Origin: Monocercomonoides exilis PA203
Taxonomy: Eukaryota > Protista > Preaxostyla
Direction of reading: 5' to 3'
DNA: 64,000 nucleotides
NCBI GenBank assembly: GCA_001643675.2
Contig: LSRY02000041.1
Coordinates: 620,001-684,000, forward strand
The notes under the pieces were generated by a model that saw only the letters and a program-made list of their open reading frames with translations, had not been told where the DNA came from and did not search any database. How positions within the stretch are numbered: the first letter of the stretch is position 1; each line of letters begins with the position of its first letter. This document shows positions 37,501 through 52,140 of the stretch, in pieces. The translations under genes and the position numbers were made by a program.

Positions 37501-40500
37501 AGATGGCAATGCGAATTCAACAAGGCAAAATTGCAGATTCATCGAATTTGTGATGATCGCAGAAGATGAGTCAGAACCGATTATTTCAGAAGCAAAATCA
37601 AGCTTCTCATGCTCTTCAGGGACAGAGGACTTGACTTCGAAATTGGACAGATCATATTCGTCTTGGATGACAACGTTTGACCCAATCCACACAATTCTGT
37701 TCGGAGAACTCAAATTGGCATTTTTCACACCTCTCCAGAAAGACGAGCAGGGATGACTCAGACTGCTACACCCAGCCACATCAAAGCCATCCTGTTCGAC
37801 AAACACCTCATCCGAATGGTATTTCACCAGAAATAGAAGCAGATCAACTGCTTCACCGTAAAATCTTTTGTCAATGCCTTTCATATCCACAACAGAAAAG
37901 CCATTTTCGTCGAATAAGTTGAAGGCGAACCGATTCTTCCTCGCTGTTTGGTTCAGATCAGAACAGCTGACAAACATATCCCTCCCACACCAGGCGTTGT
38001 TTCCCCGAAACTCCATTTCTCCAAATTTGAAGTTGTTTGTGGAATCATCGCTCAAACAAAGAAAAATGCCTCCTCCTCTTCCACTTGTCTCACTCGCTTC
38101 ACATTCACTTATCTCAACGTTTTCCATATCGAACCTGTTCTCAGAAATAAGCTCACACTTGACAACACCTCCATCACTGTTGAGCGACTTGCTTCTCACA
38201 AATTCGCATCCTCCTGAAATCGATGCCTGCTCCACATTCCTCAAAAGAAACATTCCTCCATCAGAAGTCGAGCAGTCAGCAATACTCACTGCCTTTGCTT
38301 CAAAACTTTCCCCTTCAATTTCTTGGATCAATCCGTCTCCTTCAGAAACAACATGAGATGCATTCAGATTGTTGATCGACATCTCCCCTCTCTCCAACCA
38401 AGCTATTCCGAAGCTCGACAGAAAAGTCATATGTGAAAGGGCAACGCTCTCAAGACAAATTTCTCCTCCCACTCCAATGGCAATCCACATCCTTTCTGTT
38501 TCTTCAGAGCCTTCTCCTCCTCCAAACTCACAATTCAACATTGTCACTCGTCCGCCATTCATCTGAATCACTCCAACGTTTCCTTCTGCTGGAGAGACAG
38601 GAAGCTTGAAGACAAGTCTGTTGAGCAGAAGCACTGTTGGTGTGAGGCTATCAACCACATTGAAGAATCCGCTGCTTTCTATTCTCAGCTCAGATTTGGC
38701 TGCAACCCCACGGATCGTCAGCGACTTCCCATCTCTTCTCATCTCTCCAAAAACCCAATTGTGGTTGTTGATCTGGACAGTCGTCTGGTTCTCTTTCAGG
38801 TTGCTGACACCAACCTCCAGTCGATCACATGGATTCGCATCGCTTCCGCAGTTCGGCAACGTGCTTTTCCCTGCCTCCACGAAAACAGTGTCTCCTGTTC
38901 CAGAAAACAAATATTTCTTGATCGAATAGTCAATTGCCGGGCTTTCAACAGAATCCATCACCCAGAAACTAGGCTCAGGCGTGTTCAACTCGTCGATTGT
39001 CCCAAACCACAGATCTTCTTTCATCAGCGCTTCTGGATTCCTGCAAAGCAGAAACAGGTCATTTCCCTTCGAAGCAAGGTTTCCTGTGAAAGTGTTCGAT
39101 TTCATCGAGTACTGCACATTCGCATCGAATTTCAGATGCAACCCTCCTCCATACCCCCGAGCTCCCAGCGCTGTGCAGCTCTCCACTCTGTTCTGAGTGA
39201 ATATCAGCTCTCCTCCATCCGACACATTCAATGCCCCCATCCCGCCAAATGGAACCTCGCCTTGGCACATGTCTTTCGAAAACACACAACCACTGATCTC
39301 CACTCGCTTTCCTTGCCCAACAGCTCCCGAAATGACCGAGCCATTCCCGCTGTTGCTGGTCACATTCGACAATTCACTCGATGCAACTTTCATTCCATTT
39401 CCTTCCCCAAAAGAAATAACACTGCCACTTTCCAGTGTTGAGCCATTGACTGTTAGCTTCTTGATGTCAGCTGAAGATTCGCCAGTCAAGTGGATCAATC
39501 CATTATGCGTCAGACTCTCAATCTCTTCAAAAGTGCATCCTGCAACAAATAATGATGTTCCTTGTCCACTCAACTCAACTGCAGCAACTTCCCCAAAATC
39601 AATTCTTTTCAGCTCAAATTCAGTCAAATGCACTTCACCTCCTGTTGCACAAAGAATACTGAATTTGATTGCCTCGCTTTCTATTTGCCTTGTCGCTGAG
39701 CAATTAGTAATTTTCAAAGCTGATTGCTGGCACAGAATCAGACACAATCGAGAATTTTCAATGAATCTTGGAGGCAACGAAAAAGAGATGTTCGAAATCG
39801 ACACATCTGCTGCTGTTTCGATCAATCCATCCCCTTCCCCGATTCCATTGCTGCAAACAAAAACAGATGAATCCTTTGTTGTTGCCAAAATTGAAACAGA
39901 ACACGAGGCAAGCCTTGTGCAGCTGTCCATCTGGAATGATGGGAGTATCTCAACAACTCCTTGCTCTTGCGCTGATACTAACCTCAATTCAACAAGTCTG
40001 CCGATCGTGTGGCAAGGAGCAAATGCGAATCCGCATCCCGAGTGATCGTATCCTCCATCTTCCTCACCCCCAACATATCCGCTTCCTGAAAACGAAGTCA
40101 GAAATGCAGCCAAAGGAATAGCAAAATCTCGATTGCATGTGACTCGCTCATATCCCATCAAATCCGTTTTGTCCATCTCTCTCCAAGCAATTTGGAAGTT
40201 ATCTGTTCGGACTGCTTCAGTCAAATTGATGGCATCCACAAAGACATTGCTTCCTTTCCACGCTTTGCACCCAGAGAATGTCAGGTCTTTCAGCAAGCAC
40301 ATTCCATTGTTATCTGAAACATGCAAATATATCCCTCCGCCCAGTCCTCTCCCTCTATCTGCTGCTTCACCAGCCGGAACATCACAACTGCTGAATCTGG
40401 TGTTCTTCACATTAACATCCATATTCCCCTGTTTCTGGACAAACAAAGCTCCTCCTTTCAGTTCACTCCCCTCTTCACACGATGAACTAATCTGACATCC

Positions 40501-43500
40501 ATCAATCACGATTTCACAGCTTCCTCCATTCGCGTTTGTGCAAAGTAGTCCGCCATTTCCGTTCTTCACGATTATTCCGTTGAACTCACAGCTCTGCATC
40601 GTGAACGAGCTTCCTCCTTCAAATAAAAATGGACTGGTTGAAAACGTAATTTTATTTGTTTCTGCAACAACAACAAAGCCATTTGCAACAAATATTCCAC
40701 CACTTATTTTTGCAAAGCTGAAATTGATCTCGTTGTATTCTTCTTCTGAATAAGTTCGCGAAAACCCACAGTCATTGAACGTCAGACTGTTTCCGTTGCA
40801 TTGAATCAATGATGTTCTGGAGTTGAGAGATAATGGCAAAACAAAAGTGATGTTCGTGATTGTTGCTGGTTGAGTCACAACTATTAATGAGGGAGAATCT
40901 GTTGGAGGTGGTGGAGAAACAGCAATTCTTGTGTCCTTTTGAACACATTTCACCTTCCATTCACCAGCAGCCATCACTGTCTCTTCGCTCCAAACAAATG
41001 TTGGATCAAGCAAGATGTCTTTGTACAATGAGGAAAAACGAAGATCGACTGTGAATGCGATTGTTGAGCAAGGATAGCCTGAGTTACCACATCCACTGAA
41101 GTCTCTCTTGTTGTTTCCTCCAACGACCGCTGGCAGAGGAAATGGAGCAATGAAATACAGAGCCAGTGGAATTGCATAATCCCCATCCCCATTTTCGAAG
41201 CCCATTGCATCACTGTATTCTGCTGCATTTGTCGAGATCGTCACATCCACTTTTCCTGAATTCATCAAATCTGCCAAATTCGCTTCATCAAAAAACAGGT
41301 TGTTTCCTCCTTTCGCTGCATGGTTTTTTTCAACACTGCTCGCAAAGCTGAGTGAAGAAATCGAATAATCATTGAACCGACCAGCAGCCTTTACAAACAG
41401 CCCACCACCATATCCGCATTGAGTTCTTGTATCACTTGCTCCGCACTTTGTGAATGATGTGAGAGTTCCTTCTTTCCCAATGCTCAGCTTTCCGCTTCCA
41501 GCAAACGAAGCATATATCCCTCCTCCACAGCCAGAGCAAGCCAAACAGTTGGAAAAAGTTGATTCACAAATCTCAACAATATTGTCAGAATGAATAACGA
41601 TACTCATTGCACTTCCATTTCCATTTGCAAGCTCGATTGATTTCATGTTGATTTTTTCCACTTTCACTGTTTTCCCATTTTCAATCGAGATAGCTGCCTT
41701 GCTGTTGCACACAATTCCTTCCATTGTTGAATTCTGAAGAGTGAGCGAACCTCCGTTTGAACATTTTATAATTCCTTCTTCTGATGTGGCAGTTGTATTC
41801 GAAATGTTGCACAGCTCAATGTTCAGCTGTCCGTTCGTGTGTGAAATCATCAGTGGTGCTTCTGTTAATGTGAATCCTTTCACCACAAGCGACTTCACCA
41901 TGCTTGTTCCACCAGTGCTGACAACAAATCCATAAGACAACGTTGTGCTCGATGTCAGCATCAGCACACACTGCTCACACGAGAAAGATCCTGACTGCAC
42001 CAGAAACAGTGCTTCTCTTCCAGAGAGCGAGCTTGGCAGATAAAACTGGATGCCCAAAAAAGAAGTTGTTGCTCTGCTGATAATCATCCCATCTTGATTT
42101 TTTGTCGAATTGTTGTTAACGATGAGCTGTGTCTGGGCTCTTATCCCTCGAACACTTGTGGTGCCTTCAGACAGAGATATCTCTCGTGAAAGGGTAGAAC
42201 TTCCATCAACAGCAATTGAGACACCGCTTGATGTTTTGTGCTGCAGGAACACATAATCCACGGTTGAGCACTGCTCGTCAACAAATCCACACATATACCA
42301 ATCTCGTTTGTTCGCATTTCCAACATAAAACTCGCTCGGCTTGCTCTGGAGATAAAGCACAAGAGGAATCGCAAATGAACGATCGCCATTTTCAAATCCA
42401 CACAGATCAGTGAGCACATTCAGTTGAGGGCTGAACTTCAACCGCTCTGCGTTGATCACTTGGCTGAAGTTCTCTGCCTCAATAAAAATGTTGTTGCCAA
42501 ACTGTGAAGCATGGCAGTTGGTGAATGCCACCTTTTCAAAAACAAAATCACTGGCTGAGTTCTCCAATTTCAGAAATATTGCACCTCCAAATCCGTTGTT
42601 GCCTGCTCCCTCAGCATCGCAATCAGCAAAAGTCAGCGAATCAATTTCTCCAAGTCTCACTTTTGATTCGACTTGCATCAAAATGGAAAGGCATCCTCCA
42701 TTTCCGTTTTCACATTTGCACCCATTAAAAGAGATGTTTTTCAACGCCAATGCCTCTCTATTTGAAACGTTGCGCTCAATGACTCCTCCATTTCCTGAGC
42801 TTCGAATGATCTCTGTTAAGTTCGCATTTGATATTTCAGAAAAGGACGATATTGGAGCCTTTATCAGTTGTGCATTGATTCTGAAATCAGAAAACTTGCA
42901 TGATTCAATTGAAATGCTTCCTGAGCCAATATCAAACAATGGATTACAAAAACATAAGGTCTGTATCCTTGTTGAAGTGATAAGAAGATGCTTCAAGTGA
43001 ACAGCTCCAGCTGGGTCAGAAATGGAAAATAATCCAACGGTCTCTGATTCTGTGCTGTGGTCAATCGTCAATGAGAAGATACGCAAATCACCAGAATTGA
43101 TTGTGAATAGCATCACTGAGCTTGACAGCATGCTTGTCCTTATGACTGATTTGTTTGTTCCGTTTCCAATCACTTTGACTTTCTGACTGCTGATAGAGAG
43201 TGCTGAAGAAGGGGCAAAGGATGATTCCAGCAAAATCACTTTGCACTCAACATCGTTCTTCAACTTTCCGAAAACATGCTCAATTGTTCTGCAGGGTGTT
43301 GTGTCGTTCACCCCACAAAGCTCATCCAAATCATTTCCATTTTGATGAGCATATCGAGTCAGAAGCAATATCCCCACTGGAAGCCATCCGTTGTATTCTT
43401 CGCTATCTGCAGTGCCTTTGAACCACACCCGCTTTTCTGTTGTTGTTGAATATGACTCAAAAAATGGATTGCTATTAACTTCTCCTCCACATATTTTTAT

Positions 43501-45043
43501 GTCATTTCCTTCTCCATTGTTTGCTTTATTTTGATGGAAAAAACAATAACGAATAAATGACGTTCGAACAGCTTGCTCTGAAAGTCCATCAAAATGTATT
43601 CCAGCCCCACCATATAAACTGACATTCGTTATTGCACCGTTCAGCATATTGCTTATGAATATATTTTCCGATATCAAAAGTGTTGATAATTCGACAGATG
43701 GCAAAGGATATGAAATCAAAATGCAACCAGCTGCGTTGATGGCGGAATTGTGATTGAAGCAACATCTTGAAATCAAGAAAATTCCAGTTCGTATCATGTA
43801 AAAAGGTCTTAAATAGCATGCAATGCCATATCCTTTAGTAATTTGACAGTCTTCAAATCTGTTGCAATAATAGAAATTTTTTGTCGTTGTATCAAGAATG
43901 CAAATTGCCCCACCATGATTGGAGCAACATTTACAAAAATTAGAAAAAACTATTTCATTATTAATGGAATTACTAATATATATTGCTCCCCCGTGATTAT
44001 TTGCTTGATCATTTGAATTATCAATGTTTTCGAATGAGCAATGAGAGATATTTATCAAAACACATTGGATATGAACACAAATTGCACCTCCATGATCATT
44101 CGTGTGAGAATTTTTCCATTCACACCAAACAAACAAATGCTCTCCTGCAGTCTCAATAAAAGTCCTTTCAAGAGATAATGGGTTTTCTTCAGTTCCAGCA
44201 TAACGAGTATTGGACGAACGATTACAAGAAAGAAAAGTGCTGTTCAACGAAGACAACGACGAGCAAGGGCAATTTATGGATTGAAACAGTCCACCATCAT
44301 ACACATCATTGACTGAGAAAAACGAGCAGCTGTGGATTGTTGTGTGATGATGAGCTGTTGATGCCGTGAAACGATTTCGAGATGGTCTCTCTGATTTGAA
44401 ATTAGAAATGTTCTCAAAAACGGAATGAATGGCAGAAACGTGGGACATTGCTTCTGAAAAAAGAAATGGCAAAGACGAAATCATCATCGAGGAAAACGAA
44501 CAATGCGACATTGTCAACAATCCACAGCAGGCAAATTGTGAAGTTGGGGAGGATTCCAGCAAAGGGGGAACAACAAATGTTGGTGAATCGCAGCAAAGGC
44601 TGATGTTGGACAAAGAAGCTGTGCTTTCTGCCAAAGAGATTGGGCACGATGACGAAAATGCCTTGAAACGAACTGAACAACGGACAATAGCAATCACCGA
44701 TGAATGCCTGCAAATGAAAATTGGACTGTTTGAACACTGATAAAGTTCTGAACATGATATTTCCAACGAGGAATTGCTTTGAACAAAATGAATGAGAAGA
44801 GCATTTTTGAATCCGATTTCGAAACGATCTGAGGGCAATGGATGAAAGTGTCAGAAAAACAAAACAACAAATTGAAACAATATTGATAGCAAAAAACTCA
44901 CCTTTATAACTTGCATTCAACTTTTTGTCTTCAGTGAAAGTGAAATCGTCATTTATCGTCAAAAGCTGATCATCTTCAATGCAACAAAGAAACGAAGCCA
45001 AATGCAAAATTACAAAACAATGAATTGGCTTCAAGAATCTCAT
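32749..45043 (-). CDS. Giant (~4070 aa) receptor-like surface protein: signal peptide, repeated Cys/GGA-rich beta-helix-like modules, one TM, pseudokinase-like tail; exons 45043-44902 and 44828-32749
   Basis: The 4029-aa ORF is joined to a hydrophobic-leader exon (MRFLKPIHCFVILHLASFLCC) by a 73-bp intron 44901-44829 (GTGAGT...CTGAC...CTCAG), giving ...SYK-D-RFEIG. Repeated GGAI/FxxN-like and CG...PC modules are present. Confidence 0.88.
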
Positions 45044-45534
45044 TTGCTCTGCTGTTTCGAATCAGCAACAACAAATAAAGGCAATTTTCTTTTTTTGCAA
45101 TTCCCAATAATTAAGTATGGGTAATCTCAAAATTGGTATTCCTTCATCAGATTTATCATTTGCATTGTTGTTAATATACAGACTTGCTAAATAAAAATTT
45201 TTCTCAGGCAATATTTCAGTAATTCAAGCGCAATAATTTCATTTTCCTTTTGAGATATAATTTTCATCTTATCATCACGAATTCTTCGTCAATTCTGATT
45301 AATTGTTTTTGAAAATAAAATCTGAAATGAAATTGTTCTCTTGATTCCAAGAATCGAATAAACCTTTTAAAAAAGTTCGATATCATGAGCACATTGTGTT
45401 TCTCACTCGCTTTCTTTCCCAATCACAACTGAGTAATATTCGTTTTTGAATGACAATCGATCATTGTTGAAAAGTGAAATGCAATGAACTGAGAAAAAAC
45501 TTTTGAAGGGATGGGAAACATGCTTTTTTGAAGT

Positions 45535-46850
45535 TCAGAAAAGTGGATAATGCTCGTTGAATTCAATCAGCAATTTATTGGAGTGTGCCAATGTGATTTT
45601 GGACAAACTGATGATTTCATCTTGGAGTCCTTCCTCTTCAAATCTGTCATTAATCTCTCTTTTCGCTGTTAATCCTGCTTCTTCATGTTCACAATCTTTC
45701 TTTTTGCTCAGCCTCTTGTCGAGATGAAAAAATATTTTGATGCAGCTCCTTGCAATGTTGTTGTCCAATGTCGACTGACAAATCTCTTCCAAAGCAAACT
45801 CAATGGCCTCTCCTTTCAAAATGCTCTCAATTTCTAACGATGTGTTGTCGACCATGATTCCAATAAGATTCAACAGTGCTCGAAGCATTTCAGCATCATT
45901 CATCATTTTGACTCTGCACAGCTCAACAATGAATTGAACAAAATCTGAACAGTCTCCTCTTTTCCACTCTACACAATCAAAATATGAGTTCAGAATGTTG
46001 AACCATCGTTTCAGCACATGCACTTCCATCATCTTCCCAAGCTTTCTCTTCTCTTCCTCCAAATTCACATGCTTTGCCAACTCCTCCAATTCTCTCGTTG
46101 TCTCTTTCATCAAATGGAGCTCATCCACAATCACATCTTCCAAGCTTCCATCGTTATGAAATCTTTTTATCAGAAAATACCAGGCTGATTGATAGGCAAG
46201 TTGCGTCAGGTTGTGATGTTCCTGATAATTTCTGATGATTTCCTTTATTCTGTCCAGATACAACTCTTTTGCTATTCTCTAATTTCATGGTTGAACACAA
46301 AAACAAATTCATCACCAAAGAACGACAAATACTCACACCTTCTCCCAACCGATAGTACTCAACGAAAGCAAAGCCATCTCCACTTCTTTTTTTGTTTCTT
46401 TGTTTTCCTCCTTGTTAAAAGCAGCCTTCAGGAGACAGGGAACACACACCAACAGCAATTCCACTGAAAGGCCTGCATTCAGAATTACGCTGCTCGTACA
46501 AACATCCCCCAGAATCCTTTCATCCTTTTCAAATTCGTTCTTCTTCTCATATCTTTTCCTCAGTGAAGAACAAAAATAAAAAGTCATCATCTCTCAAGAT
46601 CTTTGGCTCTTCAAAATATCCCCAAAGGCTCCAATGCAAAAATCTCGTACTCCAACCCCAACCTCAATCGCTTTCCATCCTCTTTTTTTTTTATTTTTTT
46701 ATTGATTTTCTTTCCAACTACCGATTCCACAAACAAAAACAGTCTCTTTAAACCTCATTTTTTCCATTATTCCTCCAATTTCTTTGCTTCTCTCTCATTC
46801 TTCGTATCAAATGTTCTTCCAGATTCCTTCATTCAAATTGCTCTATTATT
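45535..46850 (-). pseudogene. Decayed member of a lineage-specific alpha-helical family, paralogue of 50420-51851
   Basis: Shares VCVPCLLKA..KEEN.E..KEVEMALL.L, YL..IKEII..YQ.H.NLT.LAYQSAW and .EEEG..D.I.S motifs. The 5' part is disrupted and the 5' limit is approximate. Confidence 0.65.
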
Positions 46851-46969
46851 ATTTCTACCTCATTTTTATTTTTATTCATCTTTAATTGCCCCAAATATAC
46901 AAATTGAATTTTCTTGGTTTTTGATCCATAAGCATTATCTTCTTCTTCTTCACAACTGATTCTATCTTT

Positions 46970-49800
46970 CTAAGCCAAACTTCCAGCATCTGGTGTGCTC
47001 TTCCTTAAGATCGCTTTCTGTTCCATGGCCAGTTTCGTCTCATCACCACAAAACTGGCAGATCTTCACAAATAATACTTTTCTCTTTCCACTAGATTCAT
47101 CAGTTGTTACGTGAGAAAGAGCGAGGATACAAGTTCTGGAGGAAGAGGCGGTGTTCTCATGATCGAGAACAATCAAGGCTCGCAAGTCTCAGAATTCTCC
47201 TTTTCCATCACCAATATCGTGTTTTAAGCCAACAAGGCCAGCGTCGGAAGAGATATGTATTTTGTGTGTGAATCCCTTGTCGCTTCTGTGAAAGAGCCCT
47301 TGTTCGCCTTCATGAGAAGCATCACTCAGAAAGACAACTCGATTGATGGACATGACAGAACAGAAGCAATTGGAATTTCGATTAAAAAATCTGTATCAAC
47401 TGGCATACTGCTGACAATGCTTTGATATCAAGAATATTTTCCACGTATTCAATGTATTTCTGGCTATCAAAGACGTCCTGCAAGAGGACACAAAACGCGA
47501 TGGGTTTTCTGAAGAAGGTGAAGAACGTTTGCAAATAATATTGAATAAGCAGACAAATTGTGAATTCATGTGCAAATGAAGGCATATTCGAAGAAATTTG
47601 AATAGATGGCGCACAAAAGAATAAGAAATTGACTCAAATATAATTTGATGGATTAATCTAACTTGTCTGCTGAAAATACTTCTGTTTCATAGAATTTTCC
47701 TTTTTAAAAATGAATTTTCCTCTAAATCGCTTTTTTTCATCGTTTCATCTTTGATTGCTTGTTGAAGTCCCATTGCATTGAAAAATCTGAAGAACATCAT
47801 TTCAATCATTTTTTTCATCCAAGAATTGTCTTGATAATATGTTCGTTTCATCTGATCCTCTTTCATCTACCAAATGAAAACAGCAAAGCCGTCCTCCTTT
47901 TTTGATGGCGCTCCTACTGATCGTCTTTTCTTGGGCTTAAAAAGAATAACTTCCATATCCTTATTTCTTCATCAGAACATCTGTGTTTGAATAAAAGTTC
48001 CTTTCGCATCTCTTCATATTAATGAAAGAAAAGATATGAAGAAGAATTCGAGGAGAGTTGAATGAAACGAATACAAAAACATTTTTTGTTTCCAATCGAA
48101 AAATAAGAAGAAGAAAAAGAAGAAGAAGAAGAAGAAGAAGAAGAAGAAGAAGAAGAAGAAGAAGAAGAAGATTGAGAAAAAGAAGAAGAAGAAGAAAAAG
48201 AGAAGAAAAAGAAAAAGAAAAAGAAAAAGAAAAAGAAAAGGAGGAGGAGGAGGAGGAAGGAGAAGAAGAAGGAGAAGAAGAAGGATAAGAACAAGAAGAT
48301 GACTGCAACTGCATTTGAATCTGAGTGTGTGCCTGTCTGTTCATTGCGCTGTTCATTGCATCAGCCACAAAACGAGAGCAGTGCGAAATGAATGGATCAT
48401 TCAATGAGGCACTTTGCTCACTCACATTCTTCTCTTTCTGCTTCCCTCTCTCTTTTGCGTTCTCTTTCTCTTTAGCTTTTGTTTTCTCGTTGTTGTTGTT
48501 GTTGGCATTTTCGTTCCCATTCTCATTCTGCATCTTCTGAACGTCTTTCTCCTTCTCCCTTTCCCTTTCCTTATTCTTGTTCTTGTTCTTCATCTGTTGC
48601 TGATTCATCATCATCATCTGCTGCTGCTGCCTCATTTCATTCATCTTCTGCTGTTTAATGTCTCCATTCTGAACAAATGAAAGAGTTCTCTTTGTTTGTG
48701 GAGAAGAAAGAAGATAAGGAGAAGACAGAAACATCGATGTGGAAGGAGAAGGCGATGGCGAAGAGGCAAAAAGCTGGTTTTGAGACCAAAAAGAGGAAGG
48801 TTGGAAGGAAGAGAAGGAAGAGAAGGAAGAGAAGGAAGAGAAGGAAGAGAAGGAGGAGGAAGAGAAACAACATTAGAAGAAGAAGAAGAAGAAGTTGAAG
48901 GAACAGAAGAAGAATTATTATTCATATCAATCTTTTGATTTTCTCTCTTTCAATTTCTTCTCCTTCTCCTCCTTCTCTTCCTTCTCTTTTGTCTTTTCCA
49001 TTTTCTCCTTCACAATCCTCATCTTCTTTCTCTTCTTTCTCGTTTTCAGAGCCAGCTGAGAAGGATAATGAAGAAAGAGAAGAAGAGGAAGAAGAGGAAG
49101 AAGAGGAAGAGGAAGAGGAAGAGGAAGAGGAAGAGGAAGAGGAAGAGGAAGAATTTTTGAATGTTATTGTTTTCGATGCCTGTAAGGTGTTCATCACAAA
49201 GCAGCTCAAATGCAGAAATGAAGTGAACTTTTCATCTGAAAATGATGTTGATGCAAAAACGATGGATTGTTGAGACATTCGAAAAGAGGCCCTTTCATTC
49301 TTTAACGCATTTTCATCACGCTGATATTGCTGAAGCAAAAAGGGAGAGTTTCTGAATAGCCTGATGAACGCCTCATTTCCACAAGAGCATCTTCATTTAG
49401 AAAACAAAAGTGTTTGCCATTCATCTTCATTCTGATGTTGCAGAAGCTGAAATGTCGGCCAATTCCTTCCATATTGAAAACGTCAATGCTTTTGGTCTCT
49501 AAAGAAGAAGGAAAATAATAATTCAGGCATTTTTTTCATTGCTCCTTGGTTACAGAGTCTTCTCCAAAAAATTCCTTTTCCAATCTCTTTTCATCCGAGG
49601 CAAATGTTTTTTGCTGCCAGCAATGCTCAATCACCCACATAGAAAAGGATGAACAAAACGCATCACCGAACTCTTATCAAGCGCAAAGCCAGGCAGCTTG
49701 GCCAGTGCGAAACCAATTTTGATCGTTTTGCTTCAAATAATCCATTTTTTGAAGGCCCATGATGCTTTTGCAATTGAACCATCCAACCTTGTTCTCCTGC
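46970..49800 (-). other. Low-complexity, probably decayed coding region of unknown function
   Basis: Fragmented poly-Ser/Gln/Glu/Lys ORFs (47961..48734, 48641..48925, 48922..49338) in shifting frames; no recognisable domain. Confidence 0.35.
48105..48290. repeat. (AGA)n / (GAAAAA)n / (GAG)n purine microsatellite tract
   Basis: Directly visible; similar tracts at about 48805-48855 (GAAGAGAAG)n and 49080-49152 (GAGGAA)n. Confidence 0.9.
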
Positions 49801-50419
49801 CATTCGTTTGGTTTTTTTTTTTGTAAAGAATTGTAAATGATTTTTTGCTTGTTTTATCCATTTCTATTTTGGCATTTTTCACTTCTTTTGTCTTCAGCAA
49901 TCACTTGAATCCTTTTGGATGAAAATAGAAACCGCAAAATAAAACAACCAACGAGTCACTTCAAGAATGCAAGCATTAGCTGTTCTTTGGTTTTCGACAA
50001 AACAATCAAGAACTCAAAAAAGTCATGTAACTCTTCTTCTCAATCCTTTTGCTTGATTGCAGTTTTCCTCTTCCAACAAGTTCCATTTCTATATCGTAAA
50101 TAAATTTGATTCCAAAACGGGAAGAAACCAATTTCATGGAGCATCATGAATCGAATAACAATTCTCCATTTGTTTTTGATGAATATTTGTTGGTTTGATC
50201 AACAAGAAACAAAAAATTGGTATTTTTTGTCTCGTTCAGCTAAATCAGGCTATTTACATTGAAACCGTTTCCAAATCATTATTAATAAAGCAAAACAATT
50301 TGGATAGCGACTGTAACCTTCTCAATTTGTTGGATCATTATCGATGTTTGATGTTTATTTGATTTTGCTTAATTGTTGGGTATATTCGTTGCGAATGGAT
50401 TGCATTTTAAATAAACAGA

Positions 50420-51851
50420 ATGGAAGAATTCATTGCTGGTAGAACCGAAGACAGAAATCGAGAGATGGCCCCAAAGGAAAAGTTTTCAAGTATGTTCATT
50501 TTTCACTGTTTTTTCAAAGGCTCATGGCTTTTATCATTTGGGGGAAATTTGTTTCTTTAGAATTGTTTGAGGAATTGAAAAGCTGTAGCGTTTCAGAACA
50601 AAAAGAGAAAATTAAAGAAATGAACAGATTGATGGAAGAAATGAATAAAGAGGAACTTAAATATGTTTGCACAACAGAACTGTTCAATAAAATCGATCAA
50701 ATGATTGAAGAAGAGAAACTGACGATGGAAAATGCAATCTTGCTGTTGAAGCATATGGGATATTGCAACATGCTATTAAACATGATAAACTTAAGTTTTA
50801 TGGATTCATCATTGAGTCTTGGATTTGTGAAGATGATTGTAAAAGAAGATAAGAAAAAAGAGGAAAGAAACGAAAAGCTTCTTACTGAACTTTGTGAATG
50901 CTATCTTTTGTTTAACGTTGGAACTTCATCACAATTGATATCTGTTTGCGTTCCATGTCTGTTGAAAGCTTCATTGAAGAAAGATGAAAACGAGGAAGCT
51001 CAAAAAGAGAAGGAAATGGCTTTGTTGGCTTTGTGCAACATGAACGTGTATAACGTTTGGGCATTTCTGTTTCCTTTTTGACTTTATTGATATTTTTTTA
51101 AATATTTGAATAGAAAGTTGAAATAGCTCTTTATCTGAATGAAATCAAAGAAATCATTCAGTATCATCAGAAACATCGGAATCTGACGCGACTTGCCTAC
51201 CAGTCTGCTTGGGGTTTTTTAATGACAGAATTTTTCAACGACAAAAGCCTGGAAGAAGTTATTACGAATGAGCTGCATTTTGCGAGAGAGGTAGAAAGCG
51301 AACTGGATGGACTGATGCAAAGCGTGGATTGGAAGAAGAAAGAAGAAGAGATGGAGAAAACAGAAAGGAAAGCAATGAATATTATTTCGAGATGGATCCG
51401 CTCGATTTGTCATTACTTCTACTCATGTCATTTGTGGAATGAAGAATGTGTTGAGCTTATCAGCCGCATTGTTGATGTGCTTCTTGCATCAAGAGATAAT
51501 CACAGTGAAATAGGTGAGGAATACATTCAATCATTTATTGTAGTTGCGAAAAATGGAGCTGTGATATTTGATGTCTTGCTGAAAAGTGGTGCAATTGATG
51601 CTGCTTTTGAGGAGATTCAGCGGCGAACGTTGAATAGAGTAATGACATCTGAAATCTTGAGATTTTTTCATTTGATTTCAATGCGGTTGAAAGAAAAGGA
51701 GGATGGTGAAATGGAAGAAGCGAAAAGAAAAGAGTTGAAAAGGAAAATATTTGAAAAGATGGAAGAAGAGGGATTCGAAGATATCATTACAAGCTTTTTT
51801 GAAAAGTTTAGTTACATTTTTGCAAATCATGACGTATTTATTTATCTTTGA
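50420..51851 (+). CDS. Lineage-specific alpha-helical family protein of unknown function; exons 50420-50489, 50561-51054, 51114-51851
   Basis: Two GT-AG introns (50490-50560, 51055-51113) join MEEF...MAPKEKFS-K-LFEELKSC... and ...VYN|KVEIALYLNEIKEIIQYHQKHRNLTRLAYQSAW in frame. Confidence 0.75.
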
Positions 51852-52098
51852 ATATTTCTGATTATATTGTAAATGTTTATGGAAATGGAGTACTATGAAT
51901 ATCGTTGAACAGAAATTCTATTCTTATTTCTTTTTGTTTCATTTCAGAAGATGAAGAATATTCTTTTGAGAGGTTTGTTTTCCATATTTTGATGAAATTT
52001 AAAAAATTAAATGCAATGATTTTGGCGAGCATTTTTTTTTCAGAAATAATATTTCAATTTTTTTTCACTCAAATAAAAAAAAATAAATAAAAATTTAA

Positions 52099-52140
52099 AA
52101 AAATAAAAATAAAAATAAAAATAAAAATAAAAATAAAAAT
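52099..52140. repeat. (AAAAAT)n hexamer tandem repeat
   Basis: About seven units directly visible upstream of the UXT-like gene. Confidence 0.9.
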
